Positions 1 to 13,438 of a DNA stretch of 64,000 bases are shown here, one piece after another (the first letter of the stretch is position 1; every line of letters begins with the position of its first letter). The DNA lies in NCBI GenBank assembly GCA_049840735.1, contig JASGJN010000013.1, positions 704,001 to 768,000 on the forward strand, written 5' to 3'. Below the pieces are notes generated by a model, which ran no database searches, was not told the origin of the DNA, and saw only the letters and a program-made list of their open reading frames with translations. The stretch is from Anaeromyxobacter sp. Lineage in GTDB: Bacteria; Myxococcota; Myxococcia; Myxococcales; Anaeromyxobacteraceae. A program made the position numbers and the translations under genes.

Positions 1-233
1 GCCGCCCCGACCAGCATGCCTCCGGGGACGCCCTGGTTCTGCATGATCACGTCGTTCACGCCGCCGGCGATGGCCTGCATGACGGTGAGCCGCTCGGCGG
101 CGCGGGCGCGCAGCGCAGCCCGCTGGAACTGCGGCATGGCCACCGAGGCCAGCAGGCCGATGATCGCCACGACCACCATCAGCTCGACGAGGGTGAAACC
201 AGCCGGGGACCGGCGCGAGTTGCGGGTCGTCAT
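1..233 (-). CDS. Type IV pilin-like protein with prepilin N-terminal cleavage/methylation motif (partial, runs off the window)
   Basis: Minus-strand translation from ATG 233: MTTRNSRRSPAG|FTLVELMVVVAIIGLLASVAMPQF, a class III signal. The start abuts the TAG of the upstream gene. Not in the supplied ORF track. Confidence 0.85.
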   Translation of the reverse strand, partial: MTTRNSRRSPAGFTLVELMVVVAIIGLLASVAMPQFQRAALRARAAERLTVMQAIAGGVNDVIMQNQGVPGGMLVGA

Positions 234-2132
234 CTAGCGTCCTCCTGCCCCGGCGGGCTCGATCACCCACATCCCGGGGGCCACCTCACGAATGGTGTTG
301 CCCTTGGCCGCCTCGGCGGCCTTCCAGTCCTGGAGCTGCTTGGCGTCCAGCTTCTTGGTGGGGTCGAGCACCACCACCTTGTTGGTGGCGTGCGACGCGC
401 CCATGGTGCCGGCCGGCGCGCCCTCCACCGCCAGGCCCGCGACCGGCTGCTTGCGGAGCGAGATCCGGTAGGCGTGGTAGGCGCCGGTGGCGATGGCCAC
501 CAGGGCCAGCAGGCTCCACAGCAGGAGCTGGCGCCGGCGGCGCGGGGCCGCCTCCGGATCCTCGGCCTCCACCGCCAGCACGCGCGCCGCCAGGGCGCGG
601 GCCGGGCGGGCCGACCCGCTGGCCGGCCCCGCGGGCGCGGCCTCGGGCTGGGTGATCCGCTGCGCGGCCTCGGAGAAGTCGATGGCCTCGCGCACCAGCG
701 CGTTGCGCAGGAGCCCCAGCCCCGGCTGCACGTCGGACGTGGCGGCGGCGTGGAGGGCGTTCACCTTGGAGAGCAGGCCGTCGATCTCGGCCAGCAGCGC
801 CTGCACCGCGGCCCCGTCCACCGGGCTGCCCGGCGCCGGCGCGCCCGCCAGCGCGGCGGCCACCCGCAGCCGGACCACGGCCGCGTCGTGCACCGGCGCG
901 GCGTCGAAGGGGAGCGGCTTGCCCAGCAGCGCCGAGCGCTCGACCTCCGAGAGGCCGGCCGCGACCACGTCGGCCGTGGCCTGGAGCGGCGAGGGCGGGC
1001 CGCGCAGGCCGCGGATGGCGCGGTAGATCGCGTCGTCGGCCTCGGCCGCGTCGGCCACCCCGGCGGGCCAGGCGAGGCGCGGGGCGGCCGGGGGCGGGAC
1101 GTAGACGCCCGGGGCGCGGAAGTCGGGGGCCGGGGCGGCCGCCGGCTCGGCCGCTGCCCCCTCGGCGGGGGCGGGCGGCTCGGCCGTGTCCACGTCCACG
1201 GCGTCGTCGAACAGGTCCAGCGCCGGCGCGGCGGCGGCGGGCGGAGGCGCGGCCTGCCCGGTCGGCTCCGGTCCAGCGGCGGCGGGCTCGGCGGCGGCGG
1301 GCTCGGCGACGGGCGGAGCGGGCACCAGGGGAGGCTTCGGCGCGGGCGCAGCGGCTGCCGGCGCAGGCCGGGGCGCGGCGGGCGGCGCGACGGCTGCCGG
1401 CGCGGGCTTCGGCGCGGCGGACGCAGCGGGCGGCGCCCTGGGTGCGGCGGGCGCGGGCGCAGCGGCGGCCGGCTTCGGGGCCCCGGCAGCAGGGGGCGCG
1501 GACGCCGGCTTCGGCACCGCGGACACCGGCGCGGCCGGCCTGGCCGCGGCAGGCGCGGACGGAGCCGCGGGGCGAGCAGCGGCGGGCGCGGGCCGGGGCG
1601 CTGCCGGAGCAGCGGCCGGCGCCGGGCGCGGCGCGGCGGGCGCGAGCGGAGGAGGCGGCGCCGCGGCAGGCCTGGGCGCGCCGGAGACCGGGGCGGCCGC
1701 AGCGGCCGGCTTCGCAGCAGCGGGCGCGGCGGGGCCAGGCGCGGCGCCGTCCACCGCCGGCGGGGGGGCCGCGGGCGCGCCCAGCAGCTGCTCCACCGCG
1801 GCGATCACGCCGGCGACGTCGCCCTCCCAGCGCGCCGTCTGCACGCCCATGGCGCGCAGCGTGCCCTCGGCCGCGGCGTGTGCGGGCGGGATGCCGACCA
1901 CCACCCGCATGCCGCCGCCGTCGCGGACCAGCGCCTTGATCCCGTTGAGCGATCCCTCGCCCAGGAACTCGACCACGGCCATGGCCGACGGGCCGCGCGC
2001 CAGGGTCACGGCCTGGGCCGGATCGGAGGTGACGCGCGGGCGCGTGCCCACGCGCTGCGTGAGCGGCGCCAGGAGCGCGACGGCGAATACCTTGGTACCC
2101 GCGACGACCAGGTCGATGTTTGGTTGCGACAT
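234..2132 (-). CDS. Hypothetical Pro/Ala-rich protein with N-terminal alpha/beta domain and C-terminal transmembrane helix
   Basis: Long ORF with host-like codon usage. Likely start MSQPNIDL after GGAGG. Long PAAA linker; TM segment [25 protein letters not shown]. Confidence 0.7.
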   Translation of the reverse strand: MSQPNIDLVVAGTKVFAVALLAPLTQRVGTRPRVTSDPAQAVTLARGPSAMAVVEFLGEGSLNGIKALVRDGGGMRVVVGIPPAHAAAEGTLRAMGVQTARWEGDVAGVIAAVEQLLGAPAAPPPAVDGAAPGPAAPAAAKPAAAAAPVSGAPRPAAAPPPPLAPAAPRPAPAAAPAAPRPAPAAARPAAPSAPAAARPAAPVSAVPKPASAPPAAGAPKPAAAAPAPAAPRAPPAASAAPKPAPAAVAPPAAPRPAPAAAAPAPKPPLVPAPPVAEPAAAEPAAAGPEPTGQAAPPPAAAAPALDLFDDAVDVDTAEPPAPAEGAAAEPAAAPAPDFRAPGVYVPPPAAPRLAWPAGVADAAEADDAIYRAIRGLRGPPSPLQATADVVAAGLSEVERSALLGKPLPFDAAPVHDAAVVRLRVAAALAGAPAPGSPVDGAAVQALLAEIDGLLSKVNALHAAATSDVQPGLGLLRNALVREAIDFSEAAQRITQPEAAPAGPASGSARPARALAARVLAVEAEDPEAAPRRRRQLLLWSLLALVAIATGAYHAYRISLRKQPVAGLAVEGAPAGTMGASHATNKVVVLDPTKKLDAKQLQDWKAAEAAKGNTIREVAPGMWVIEPAGAGGR

Positions 2133-2244
2133 GCCGGGTGCGATTCCTCCGACCGTCCACATGGTACTCCCCTCGGAGGCTGGATCGCAGGGGCCCCGTC
2201 CCCCTCGTTCACAGGACACGGTAAGTGGAGGGTGGGGGGCGGCG

Positions 2245-2273
2245 TTGACACCACCTACCCGACCGCATAGGTT
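2245..2273 (+). promoter_or_regulatory. Sigma70-type promoter upstream of rho
   Basis: TTGACA (2245-2250), 17-bp spacer, TAGGTT (2268-2273). Confidence 0.65.
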
Positions 2274-2356
2274 TTTCGCTCTCCCCAGGCCTCTCCCAGA
2301 GACCCTGCAGTCCGCCTCGCCGCCCGCTTCCGGGCCTCCCCTCCGCCGAGTCCGAC

Positions 2357-3670
2357 ATGCCCGCCGCCGCCCCCACAGCCACGCACGCCGCGTCCGATCT
2401 GAACGAGCTCAAGCACAAGAAGGTGGCCGAGCTGGCCAAGCTGGCGCGCGACCTCAACATCGAGGCCGCCGGCGCGATGAAGAAGCAGGACCTGATCTTC
2501 GCCATCCTCCAGGCGCAGTCGAAGGCGGCCGAGGAGGCCAAGGAGGAGATGGAGGTCGGCGGCGAGGGCACGCTGGAGGTGCTGCCCGACGGCTTCGGCT
2601 TCCTGCGCAGCCCCGACTTCTCCTACCTGCCCGGCCCGGACGACATCTACGTCTCGCCCTCGCAAATCCGGCGCTTCAACCTGCGCACCGGCGACACGGT
2701 CCGCGGGACGGTGCGCCAGCCCAAGGAAGGCGAGCGCTACTTCGCGCTCCTGAAGGTGGACTCGATCAACGGGGAGCCGCCCGAGGAGAACCAGTCCAAG
2801 GTCCTCTTCGACAACCTGACCCCGCTCTACCCGACCAAGCGGCTCACGCTCGAGCACGAGGCCGGCGAGATGACCACCCGCGTGGTGGACCTCTTCTCGC
2901 CCATCGGCAAGGGCCAGCGCTGCCTGATCGTCTCGCCCCCGCGCGCCGGCAAGACCGTGCTGCTGCAGAACATGGCGCACGCCATCACGACCAACCACCC
3001 CGAGGTGACCCTGATCGTGCTGCTCATCGACGAGCGGCCCGAGGAGGTCACCGACATGGAGCGGACCGTCAAGGGCGAGGTGGTGGCCTCCACCTTCGAC
3101 GAGCCGGCCACCCGCCACGTCCAGGTGGCCGAGATGGTGATCGAGAAGGCCCGCCGGCTGGTCGAGCACAAGAAGGACGTGGTGATCCTGCTCGACTCGA
3201 TCACCCGCCTGGCCCGCGCCTACAACTCGACCGTCCCGCCCTCCGGCAAGATCCTCTCCGGCGGCGTGGACTCCAACGCGCTGCACAAGCCCAAGCGGTT
3301 CTTCGGCGCGGCGCGCAACATCGAGGAGGGCGGCTCGCTCACCATCATCGGCACGGCGCTGGTGGACACCGGCAGCCGCATGGACGAGGTGATCTTCGAG
3401 GAGTTCAAGGGCACCGGCAACTGGGAGATCGTCCTCGACCGCAAGCTGATGGAGAAGCGCATCTTCCCCTGCATGGACATCGGGAAGAGCGGCACGCGCA
3501 AGGAGGAGCTGCTCCTGGCGCCGGACTGGCTCTCGAAGATCTACATCCTGCGCCAGACCATCCTGAACGGCCTGGACAACGTCGAGGCCATGAAGTTCAT
3601 CCTCGACAAGTTCCGCCAGGTGAAGAACCACGACGAGTTCTTCAAGATGATGGTGGGCGGCGGGAAGTAG
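2357..3670 (+). CDS. rho: Transcription termination factor Rho
   Basis: GFGFLR and [16 protein letters not shown]-binding motifs, Walker [30 protein letters not shown]. Confidence 0.98.
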   Translation: MPAAAPTATHAASDLNELKHKKVAELAKLARDLNIEAAGAMKKQDLIFAILQAQSKAAEEAKEEMEVGGEGTLEVLPDGFGFLRSPDFSYLPGPDDIYVSPSQIRRFNLRTGDTVRGTVRQPKEGERYFALLKVDSINGEPPEENQSKVLFDNLTPLYPTKRLTLEHEAGEMTTRVVDLFSPIGKGQRCLIVSPPRAGKTVLLQNMAHAITTNHPEVTLIVLLIDERPEEVTDMERTVKGEVVASTFDEPATRHVQVAEMVIEKARRLVEHKKDVVILLDSITRLARAYNSTVPPSGKILSGGVDSNALHKPKRFFGAARNIEEGGSLTIIGTALVDTGSRMDEVIFEEFKGTGNWEIVLDRKLMEKRIFPCMDIGKSGTRKEELLLAPDWLSKIYILRQTILNGLDNVEAMKFILDKFRQVKNHDEFFKMMVGGGK

Positions 3671-3859
3671 CCTTCCAGCCAGGCCCCGGCCTCCCGCCTC
3701 GCGGGGAGCCGGGGACCCCCGCGGCCAGCCCGTGCTTGACGCAACCGCCCGATCCGACTGAATCCCGCCGTTCCAACAACCAAGGGGCGAGCCTCGCGCG
3801 CGCCCCCGTGGGCCCGGACCATCGCCGACGCGCGGTGCAAGCGGCCCGAGAGGCGAGCA

Positions 3860-4221
3860 ATGAAGGAAGGCATCCACCCCGACTACAAGCCGGCCAAGGT
3901 CCTCTGCGCCTGCGGGAACGAGAATCGTCACCCGCTCCGTCCGCGGCGACTTCCACATCGAGAATCTGCGCCCAGTGCCACCCGTTCTTCACGGGCAAGC
4001 AGAAGATCATGGACACGGCGGGCCGCATCGAGAAGTTCAAGAACCGCTACGGCACCTCGCCGGTCACGTCGCCGCCGCCCAAGAAGGCCGAGGCGCCCAA
4101 GGCCGAGCCGAAGAAGGCGGACTCCAAGGAGAACCGCGCCGCCAAGCGTGCCAAGGCCGGCAAGTCCAAGCCGAAGGCCGAGGGCGCTGCTCCCGAGGCC
4201 ACCGAGGCCAAGGCCGAGTAA
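3860..4221 (+). CDS. rpmE: 50S ribosomal protein L31 (zinc-binding type) with Lys/Ala/Glu-rich tail; two apparent +1 frameshifts
   Basis: MKEGIHPDY...CACGN and [25 protein letters not shown] lie in different frames. Removing one A from each GAGAATC (~3923, ~3963) restores one ORF. Confidence 0.92.
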
Positions 4222-4230
4222 GGCCGGCTG

Positions 4231-4258
4231 CCGTTCGCGGTCAGCCTGTCGAACCGCG
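4231..4258 (+). repeat. REP-like palindromic element, copy 1
   Basis: CCGTTCGCGGTCAGCCTGTCGAACCGCG; 25/28 identical to the reverse complement of 36361-36388. Confidence 0.7.
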
Positions 4259-4266
4259 ACGTGTGC

Positions 4267-4296
4267 GAGGGCGCCTCCGGGCGCCCTCTTCTTTTT
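4267..4296 (+). terminator. Intrinsic terminator after rpmE
   Basis: GAGGGCGCC-TCCG-GGCGCCCTC stem-loop followed by TTCTTTTT. Confidence 0.8.
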
Positions 4297-4344
4297 GCGC
4301 CCGGCACTTGCCCGGCCGCACCCCGCGTGGTGTAGAGGACAGGC

Positions 4345-4533
4345 ATGCCGCCGAGGGCTCGCCGGACGCCGTCGAAGGAGGGGTTGGTGGAAGCCCTGCT
4401 CCTGGCCTGCTTCCTCGCGCTGGCCGCGGCCGGCGCGGTGGCGGTCTTCGGCGGGGAGCTCCGCGAGGCGCTGGGGCTTCGGCCGCCTGCCCCCGCCGTG
4501 CCGCCCCCGACCCCCGCGGCCCCGCAGCGCTGA
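4345..4533 (+). CDS. Small membrane protein, Flp/Fap pilin-like
   Basis: 62 aa with GAGGA SD; basic leader, then EG|LVEALLLACFLALAAAGAVAVFG resembling an Flp motif. Confidence 0.45.
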   Translation: MPPRARRTPSKEGLVEALLLACFLALAAAGAVAVFGGELREALGLRPPAPAVPPPTPAAPQR

Positions 4534-4599
4534 GGCCGCGAAGCCCTGTCCCTCTCGAACCGCGAGCGGCCGGCGCGCGCTTCGGCATACACTGCCCCC

Positions 4600-6027
<1,428 letters not shown>

Positions 6028-6076
6028 GCCCGGCCGACGGCGCATCGCCACGCCCGTCCGGCCCCCTGATCGCCGC

Positions 6077-6130
6077 TGCCAAAATGGCGCCCGCACCGGC
6101 GCCGCAGCGGCCCGCTTTGCCATATTGGCA
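6077..6130. promoter_or_regulatory. Two palindromic candidate enhancer (UAS) sites
   Basis: TGCCAAAATGGCG (6077-6089) and TGCCATATTGGCA (6118-6130); centres 41 bp apart, ~100-140 bp upstream of a -24/-12 promoter. Confidence 0.6.
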
Positions 6131-6222
6131 GCGAAGCCCCCCGCAGGGCGGGAGGGCGCGGGCGGCGGCCGGGATTTCTCAGCGGCTACGCGAGGTTGAA
6201 CTGGCACCACTGGGCCGCGAGG

Positions 6223-6238
6223 TGGCATGGTGGTTGCT
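6223..6238 (+). promoter_or_regulatory. Sigma54 (-24/-12) promoter of the gsp operon
   Basis: TGGCAT-GGTGG-TTGCT matches TGGCAC-N5-TTGCW, 23 bp before the gspC ATG. Confidence 0.8.
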
Positions 6239-6261
6239 CTCTCGCCCCCGCGGGCGCCCCC

Positions 6262-7241
6262 ATGCTCGACCTCTTCTTCCGCAAATACGCCTGGGCCGCG
6301 AACCTGGTGCTGCTGTTCGCAGCCGCCTGGCTCGCCGCAAGGACCGTCAACACCCTGGTCGCGGCGGTGATCCGCCCGAAGCCCGTGGTGGACCTCGCCC
6401 TGCACACCGGCCCGGTGCGCACTGCGCCGCCGGCGATGCTCGACGATGAGCGGCTCTACAAGCTCATCGGCGTGGACCCGCCCAAATCGTGATCGAGGAC
6501 GCGCCGGCGAAGCCGGTGCGGCCGCAGAACTGCGCCGACCCGGCGGCGCAGCCGGTCAAGACGCAGCTCAACTTGTCGCTGGTGGCCGGCACGCTGGCCG
6601 AGCCGGCCCGCTACTCGGTGGCCACGCTGGCCGACCTCTCCGCCCACCAGACCATCTCGGCCGGCATCGGCGATCCGGTGCAGGGCGCGCGGCTCATCGG
6701 CCTGCAGCGGATGCGCGACGAGCGCGACGTGACCGGCAACGGGTTCCGCATGGTGGCCATCCTCTGCAACGAGGGGACGAAGGAGTACGTGGACGACGGC
6801 GGCGGCGGCGGCGACGTGCTCGCCTCCGGCGGGCCCAACCTCGGCTACTCGCCCGTGCCGCCGCCCGGGCGCCCGCCGGCCGTGGCCAACGTCGAGGGCA
6901 TCCGCAACGTGGGCAAGGACCGGTACGAGATCGACCGGACCGCCCTGGACGCGAAGCTGAACAACCTCTCCGAGTTCGCGACGCAGGCGCGCATCGTCCC
7001 GTCCTTCAAGAACAACGTCGCGAACGGCTTCAAGCTCATCGCGGTGCAGCCGGGGTCGCTCTACTCCGCCATCGGCATCGAGAACGGCGACGTGATCCAG
7101 CGGGTCAACGGCTACGAGCTCAACTCGCCGGAGAAGGCGCTGGAGCTCTACACGAAGCTGCGCGAGGCCGGCCGCGTCACCCTCGAGCTGGAGCGCGGCG
7201 GCCAGGTCGTCCGCAAGGAATTCACCATCACCGGCCCGTGA
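6262..7241 (+). CDS. gspC: Type II secretion protein GspC with C-terminal PDZ domain; one frameshift at ~6485
   Basis: N-terminal TM (MLDLFFRKYAWAANLVLLF); PDZ-like GFKLIAVQPGSLYSAIGIENGDVIQRVNG; first gene before the secretin. CCCAAATCGTG restores as CCC AAG ATC GTG. Confidence 0.88.
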
Positions 7242-7264
7242 CCGGGACCGTCAGGCTCTCACCC

Positions 7265-9952
7265 ATGCGCAAGCTCCTCGTCCCACTCCTGCTCGTCCCC
7301 GCGCTGGCCCTGGCCCAGGTGCCGATGCGCCCGCCCAAGGCGCCGCCCGGCGTCGGGCCCACAGGCAAGCCGGCGCGCCCGATGACCCGGCCCACCCGCG
7401 AGCCCCCGGCGCAGGCCGAGGGGCAGGCGCCCGCGTCGCCGCCGCCCGGGGCGCAGGCGCAGCAGCCGCCCCCGCCTCCTCCCGTCAACGACTCGGCCCC
7501 CACGCCGGCCGGCGAGGGCACCGTCCGCCTCACCGGCGACAAGTGCCAGCCGATGAAGGGGCGCTTCATGCTCTCCTTCAACAAGGCCGACATCGTGGAC
7601 GTGCTGGAGCAGGCCAGCCGCTGGACCTGCCGGAACTTCATCTACACGGAGGAGGTCGCGCGCGGGAAGATCACCCTCCTCTCCAAGACGCCGGTCACCG
7701 CCGACGAGGCCTACGCCGCGTTCCTGGCCGCCCTCAACTCCAACAACCTGACGCTCTACCCCACCGGCAGGTACTGGAAGCTGTCGCGCTCGCCGGACGG
7801 GAAGAAGCTGCCCATCCCCACCTACGTGGACCCGGGCACCGGCACGCCGTCCACCGAGCAGATCATCACCAAGGTGATCCGGCTGCAGAACTCCGACGCC
7901 GACCAGCTGCGCGGCGTGCTCGGCAACTTCATCTCGCCGCAGGGCGCGGACATCCAGTCCATCCCGCCCGACACGCTGATCATCACCGACATCGGCCTCA
8001 ACATCCGGCGCATCGAGAAGATGCTGGAGACCATCGACCGGGCCGGCGCCGGCGACACCATCCGCATCGTGCAGATCCGCTACGCCTCGGCCAAGGACAT
8101 CGCCGACAAGCTCAACCAGATCTTCGCCGGCCAGCAGGTGGCCGGGAAGGCCCGCCGCGGCGTGACCACCACCTCCCCGGCCGGCCCCACCGGCCGTCCG
8201 CCCGGGCCCGTGCCGGCGCCGAGCCCGCCGGGCGCTGCCCCTGCGGCCCCCGGCGGCACCACCGACGGCGCCGGCGGGGGCGCGATCAACCTGACCAAGG
8301 TCCTGGCCGACGACCGGACCAACAAGCTGATCGTCATCGCCGACGAGAAGAGCTTCCAGCGGCTGCAGGAGCTGGTGGAGCAGCTGGACGTGCCCACCAG
8401 CGCCGACGGCGGCATCCACGTCATCTTCCTCAAGAACGCCAACGCCGAGGAGCTGGCCACCACGCTCTCCAACCTGGCGCAGGGCCAGGCCAAGAAGCCG
8501 GGCGGCCCCGGCACCAGCGCCGTCCCGGCCGCCCCCATGCCGGGCCCGCTGGGCAACGCGGTCAACGCCGCCCGCCCGGCCGGCGCCGGCGGCGGCGAGG
8601 CCGCCACCGCCGAGCTGTTCAGCGGCGACGTGAAGATCACCTCCGACAAGACCCAGAACGCGCTGCTGGTGCAGGCCAGCGGCGCCGACTTCAACACCAT
8701 CTCCCGGCTGGTGGAGCGGCTCGACCGCCCGCGGCGCCAGGTGTTCGTGGAGGCGGTGATCCTCGAGGTCAACCTCCAGGACCAGAACCAGGTCGGCGTC
8801 GGCATGCACGCCGCCGTGCCCTACAAGTACAAGGGCGAGACCGGCATCATCCCGTTCTCCTCCAACCCCGGCCGGGTCAACTCGCTCGACGCCACCAGCG
8901 CCATCGGCCTGGGCGGCTTCCTCACCGGCTACGTCGGCCCGACCACCGCCGAGCTGAAGGACTTCGGCCTCTCCATCCCGTCCATCGGCGTGCTGATCCA
9001 GGCGCTGCAGTCCAACTCGGACGTGAACGTGATCTCCACCCCGCAGCTCCTCGCCATGGACAACGAGGACTCGGAGATCACCGTCGGCCAGAACGTGCCC
9101 TTCCAGGCCGGCTACGCCCCCTCCGGCCTCTCCTCCGCGCTGGGCAACAGCGGGACCAGCACCGCGCTGGGCAGCCTGGTCGGCACCGGCGGGCTCAACT
9201 CCCTCTACGCCCCCATCCAGCGCCAGAACGTGGAGCTGCGGCTCAAGATCAAGCCGCAGATCAACGAGGGCGGGAACGTCCGGCTCATCATCGAGGAGCA
9301 GACCGAGGAGATCGTCAGCCAGGACGCCACCCTCGGCCCCACCACCGCCAAGCGCGCCATCAAGACCCAGATCGTGGCGGCCGACCAGAGCACCATCGTC
9401 ATCGGCGGCCTGATCCAGGACCGCAACGTGAAGTCGGTGAAGAAGGTGCCGGTGCTGGGCAGCCTGCCGGTGCTGGGCTGGCTCTTCCGCGACACCACCT
9501 CCTCCAAGCAGAAGACCAACCTGCTCCTCTTCCTCACGCCCTACATCATCCGCAGCGAGGCGGACTACCGGCGCATCTACGAGAAGAAGCGCAAGGAGCA
9601 GCAGGACTTCATCGAGCAGTACTACGGCCGCACGCCCTCCTACCGCGTGGACGTGGACTTCTCGCGCAAGGCCGGCCCCTACGCCCACCTGCGCAGCAAC
9701 GTGGCCGAGGAGACCGGCAAGCTCGAGAACGGCGGCCAGGGGCTGCCGGGCGAGGGGCAGACCACCCCGCCGGGCGGCGGCGACACCTCGCCGGCCCCGG
9801 CCACCCCCGCCACCCCGCCCTCGCGCACCACGCCCGTGAACCCCACCGAGCCGCAGGAGGCCGCCCCGCCGCCCGAGCAGGGCGAGGCCCTCCCGCAGGA
9901 CGGCGCGCCCGCCGAGCCGGACGCGGGCGGCGAGCAGCCGCCGCAGGAATGA
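7265..9952 (+). CDS. gspD: Type II secretion secretin GspD
   Basis: Signal peptide MRKLLVPLLLVPALALA, N domains, QVFVEAVILEV, KVPVLGSLPVLGWLFR. Confidence 0.95.
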   Translation: MRKLLVPLLLVPALALAQVPMRPPKAPPGVGPTGKPARPMTRPTREPPAQAEGQAPASPPPGAQAQQPPPPPPVNDSAPTPAGEGTVRLTGDKCQPMKGRFMLSFNKADIVDVLEQASRWTCRNFIYTEEVARGKITLLSKTPVTADEAYAAFLAALNSNNLTLYPTGRYWKLSRSPDGKKLPIPTYVDPGTGTPSTEQIITKVIRLQNSDADQLRGVLGNFISPQGADIQSIPPDTLIITDIGLNIRRIEKMLETIDRAGAGDTIRIVQIRYASAKDIADKLNQIFAGQQVAGKARRGVTTTSPAGPTGRPPGPVPAPSPPGAAPAAPGGTTDGAGGGAINLTKVLADDRTNKLIVIADEKSFQRLQELVEQLDVPTSADGGIHVIFLKNANAEELATTLSNLAQGQAKKPGGPGTSAVPAAPMPGPLGNAVNAARPAGAGGGEAATAELFSGDVKITSDKTQNALLVQASGADFNTISRLVERLDRPRRQVFVEAVILEVNLQDQNQVGVGMHAAVPYKYKGETGIIPFSSNPGRVNSLDATSAIGLGGFLTGYVGPTTAELKDFGLSIPSIGVLIQALQSNSDVNVISTPQLLAMDNEDSEITVGQNVPFQAGYAPSGLSSALGNSGTSTALGSLVGTGGLNSLYAPIQRQNVELRLKIKPQINEGGNVRLIIEEQTEEIVSQDATLGPTTAKRAIKTQIVAADQSTIVIGGLIQDRNVKSVKKVPVLGSLPVLGWLFRDTTSSKQKTNLLLFLTPYIIRSEADYRRIYEKKRKEQQDFIEQYYGRTPSYRVDVDFSRKAGPYAHLRSNVAEETGKLENGGQGLPGEGQTTPPGGGDTSPAPATPATPPSRTTPVNPTEPQEAAPPPEQGEALPQDGAPAEPDAGGEQPPQE

Positions 9953-9985
9953 CCGGGCGCCCGCCGCCCGTTGCACGAGATCCGC

Positions 9986-11767
<1,782 letters not shown>

Positions 11768-11769
11768 CC

Positions 11770-13002
11770 ATGCCGGTCTTCGAGTACAAGGCGCTCAACG
11801 CCACAGGCAAGCCGGTCCAGGGGCTGCGCGAGGCCGACTCGCCCAAGACCCTGCGCAGCGTGCTGCGCCGCGACGGGGTGTTCCTGACCGAGGTGCTGGG
11901 GCAGAAGGACCAGCAGCGGGCCCAGGGCTCGCGCGACGTGGACGTGAAGCGGTTCGTGATGGGCCGCGTCGGCGCGCGCGACCTGGCCGTCACCACCCGC
12001 CAGCTGGCGGTGCTGGTCCGCGCCGGCATCCCGCTGGTGGAGGCCATGTCCGCCCTGGTGGACCAGGTGGACCACGAGCGGCTGAAGCGGATCCTGGGCG
12101 ACGTGAAGCAGAAGGTGAACGAGGGCGCCTCGCTGGCCGACGCCATGGCCGGCCACCCCAAGATCTTCTCCAACCTCTACGTGAACATGATCCGCGCCGG
12201 CGAGCACTCCGGCGCGCTGGAGACGGTGCTCGAGCGGCTGGCCGAGTTCACCGAGAGCCAGGCCCGCCTCCGCTCCAAGATCCTCAGCACCATGGCCTAT
12301 CCGGTCTTCATGATGGTGATCGGCACCGGCATCATGGGGCTGCTCTTCGCGGTGGTGGTGCCGCAGATCACGAAGATCTTCGAGAACACCGGCGCCATCC
12401 TGCCCTGGTACACGCGGGTGACGGTGGGCATCTCGCACGTGGTCTCGGGCTACTGGTGGGCGCTCCTGCTCGGCGCGGTGGCGTCGGTCTGGGGGTTCTT
12501 CCGCTGGAAGGCCACGCCGGCCGGGCGCGCCCGCTGGGACCGCCTGAAGCTGACCGCGCCGGTGATGGGGCCGGTGGTCCGCCAGATCGCCCTCGGGCGC
12601 TTCGCCCGGACGCTCTCCACGCTGCTCCGCAGCGGCGTGCCGCTCCTCACCGCCCTCGACATCGTCAAGAACGTGGTCGGGAACGTCAGGCTCTCCGACG
12701 TCATCGACCAGGCGCGCGACGCGATCCGCGAGGGCGAGTCCATCGCCGCCCCGCTCAAGCGCTCGGGCGAGTTCCCCCCGCTCGTCTACCACATGGTCTC
12801 GGTGGGTGAGCGCTCCGGCGCCCTCGAGGAGATGCTCGGCAACGTGGCCGACGCCTACGAGGACCAGGTCGAGACCACCATCGCCGCGCTCACCTCGCTG
12901 CTCGAGCCGGTGATGATCGTCAGCATGGGCGTGGTGGTCGGGTTCGTCGTCTTCTCCGTCCTCATGCCGATTCTCCAGATCAACAACCTCGCAGGAGGCT
13001 AG
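11770..13002 (+). CDS. gspF: Type II secretion inner-membrane platform GspF
   Basis: MPVFEYKAL, AGEHSGALE, LLEPVMIV; three TMs. Confidence 0.95.
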   Translation: MPVFEYKALNATGKPVQGLREADSPKTLRSVLRRDGVFLTEVLGQKDQQRAQGSRDVDVKRFVMGRVGARDLAVTTRQLAVLVRAGIPLVEAMSALVDQVDHERLKRILGDVKQKVNEGASLADAMAGHPKIFSNLYVNMIRAGEHSGALETVLERLAEFTESQARLRSKILSTMAYPVFMMVIGTGIMGLLFAVVVPQITKIFENTGAILPWYTRVTVGISHVVSGYWWALLLGAVASVWGFFRWKATPAGRARWDRLKLTAPVMGPVVRQIALGRFARTLSTLLRSGVPLLTALDIVKNVVGNVRLSDVIDQARDAIREGESIAAPLKRSGEFPPLVYHMVSVGERSGALEEMLGNVADAYEDQVETTIAALTSLLEPVMIVSMGVVVGFVVFSVLMPILQINNLAGG

Positions 13003-13004
13003 CC

Positions 13005-13427
13005 ATGAACCAGCGCAAGCTCCGCCGCGCATCCGAACGCGGCATGACCCTCATCGAGATCATGGTCGTGATGGTGATCCTCGGCCTGATCGCCGCCGCG
13101 GTGGCCGTCAACATGGTGGGCGCCGCCGACAAGACCCGCGTCGATCGCGCCAAGCAGGACGTCCAGAGCATCGCGAACCAGGGGGTCGAGGCCTTCCGCG
13201 CGGTGCGCGGCCGCTACCCGACGCGCGAGGAGGGGCTCAAGATCCTCATCCAGGAGCAGTTCCTGAAGGCCAACAACAAGGACGGGAACTTCAAGGACCC
13301 CTGGGACAACGAGTACCTCTACGAGTTCCCGGGCACGGTCCATCCCGACAGCTACGACGTGAAGAGCCTGGGCGCCGACGGCAAGGCCGGCGGCGACGGC
13401 AACAACGCCGACATCGTCAACTACTAG
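13005..13427 (+). CDS. gspG: Major pseudopilin GspG
   Basis: RG|MTLIEIMVVMVILG, KDPWDNEYLY, SLGADG. Confidence 0.93.
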   Translation: MNQRKLRRASERGMTLIEIMVVMVILGLIAAAVAVNMVGAADKTRVDRAKQDVQSIANQGVEAFRAVRGRYPTREEGLKILIQEQFLKANNKDGNFKDPWDNEYLYEFPGTVHPDSYDVKSLGADGKAGGDGNNADIVNY

Positions 13428-13438
13428 AGGAGGGGCCC

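Noticed and set aside
3860..4221. Programmed frameshifting or pseudogenisation of rpmE (also gspC, ftsX, Omp85 gene)
   Set aside because: No slippery sites; lesions share the GATC-related error pattern and hit normally conserved genes.
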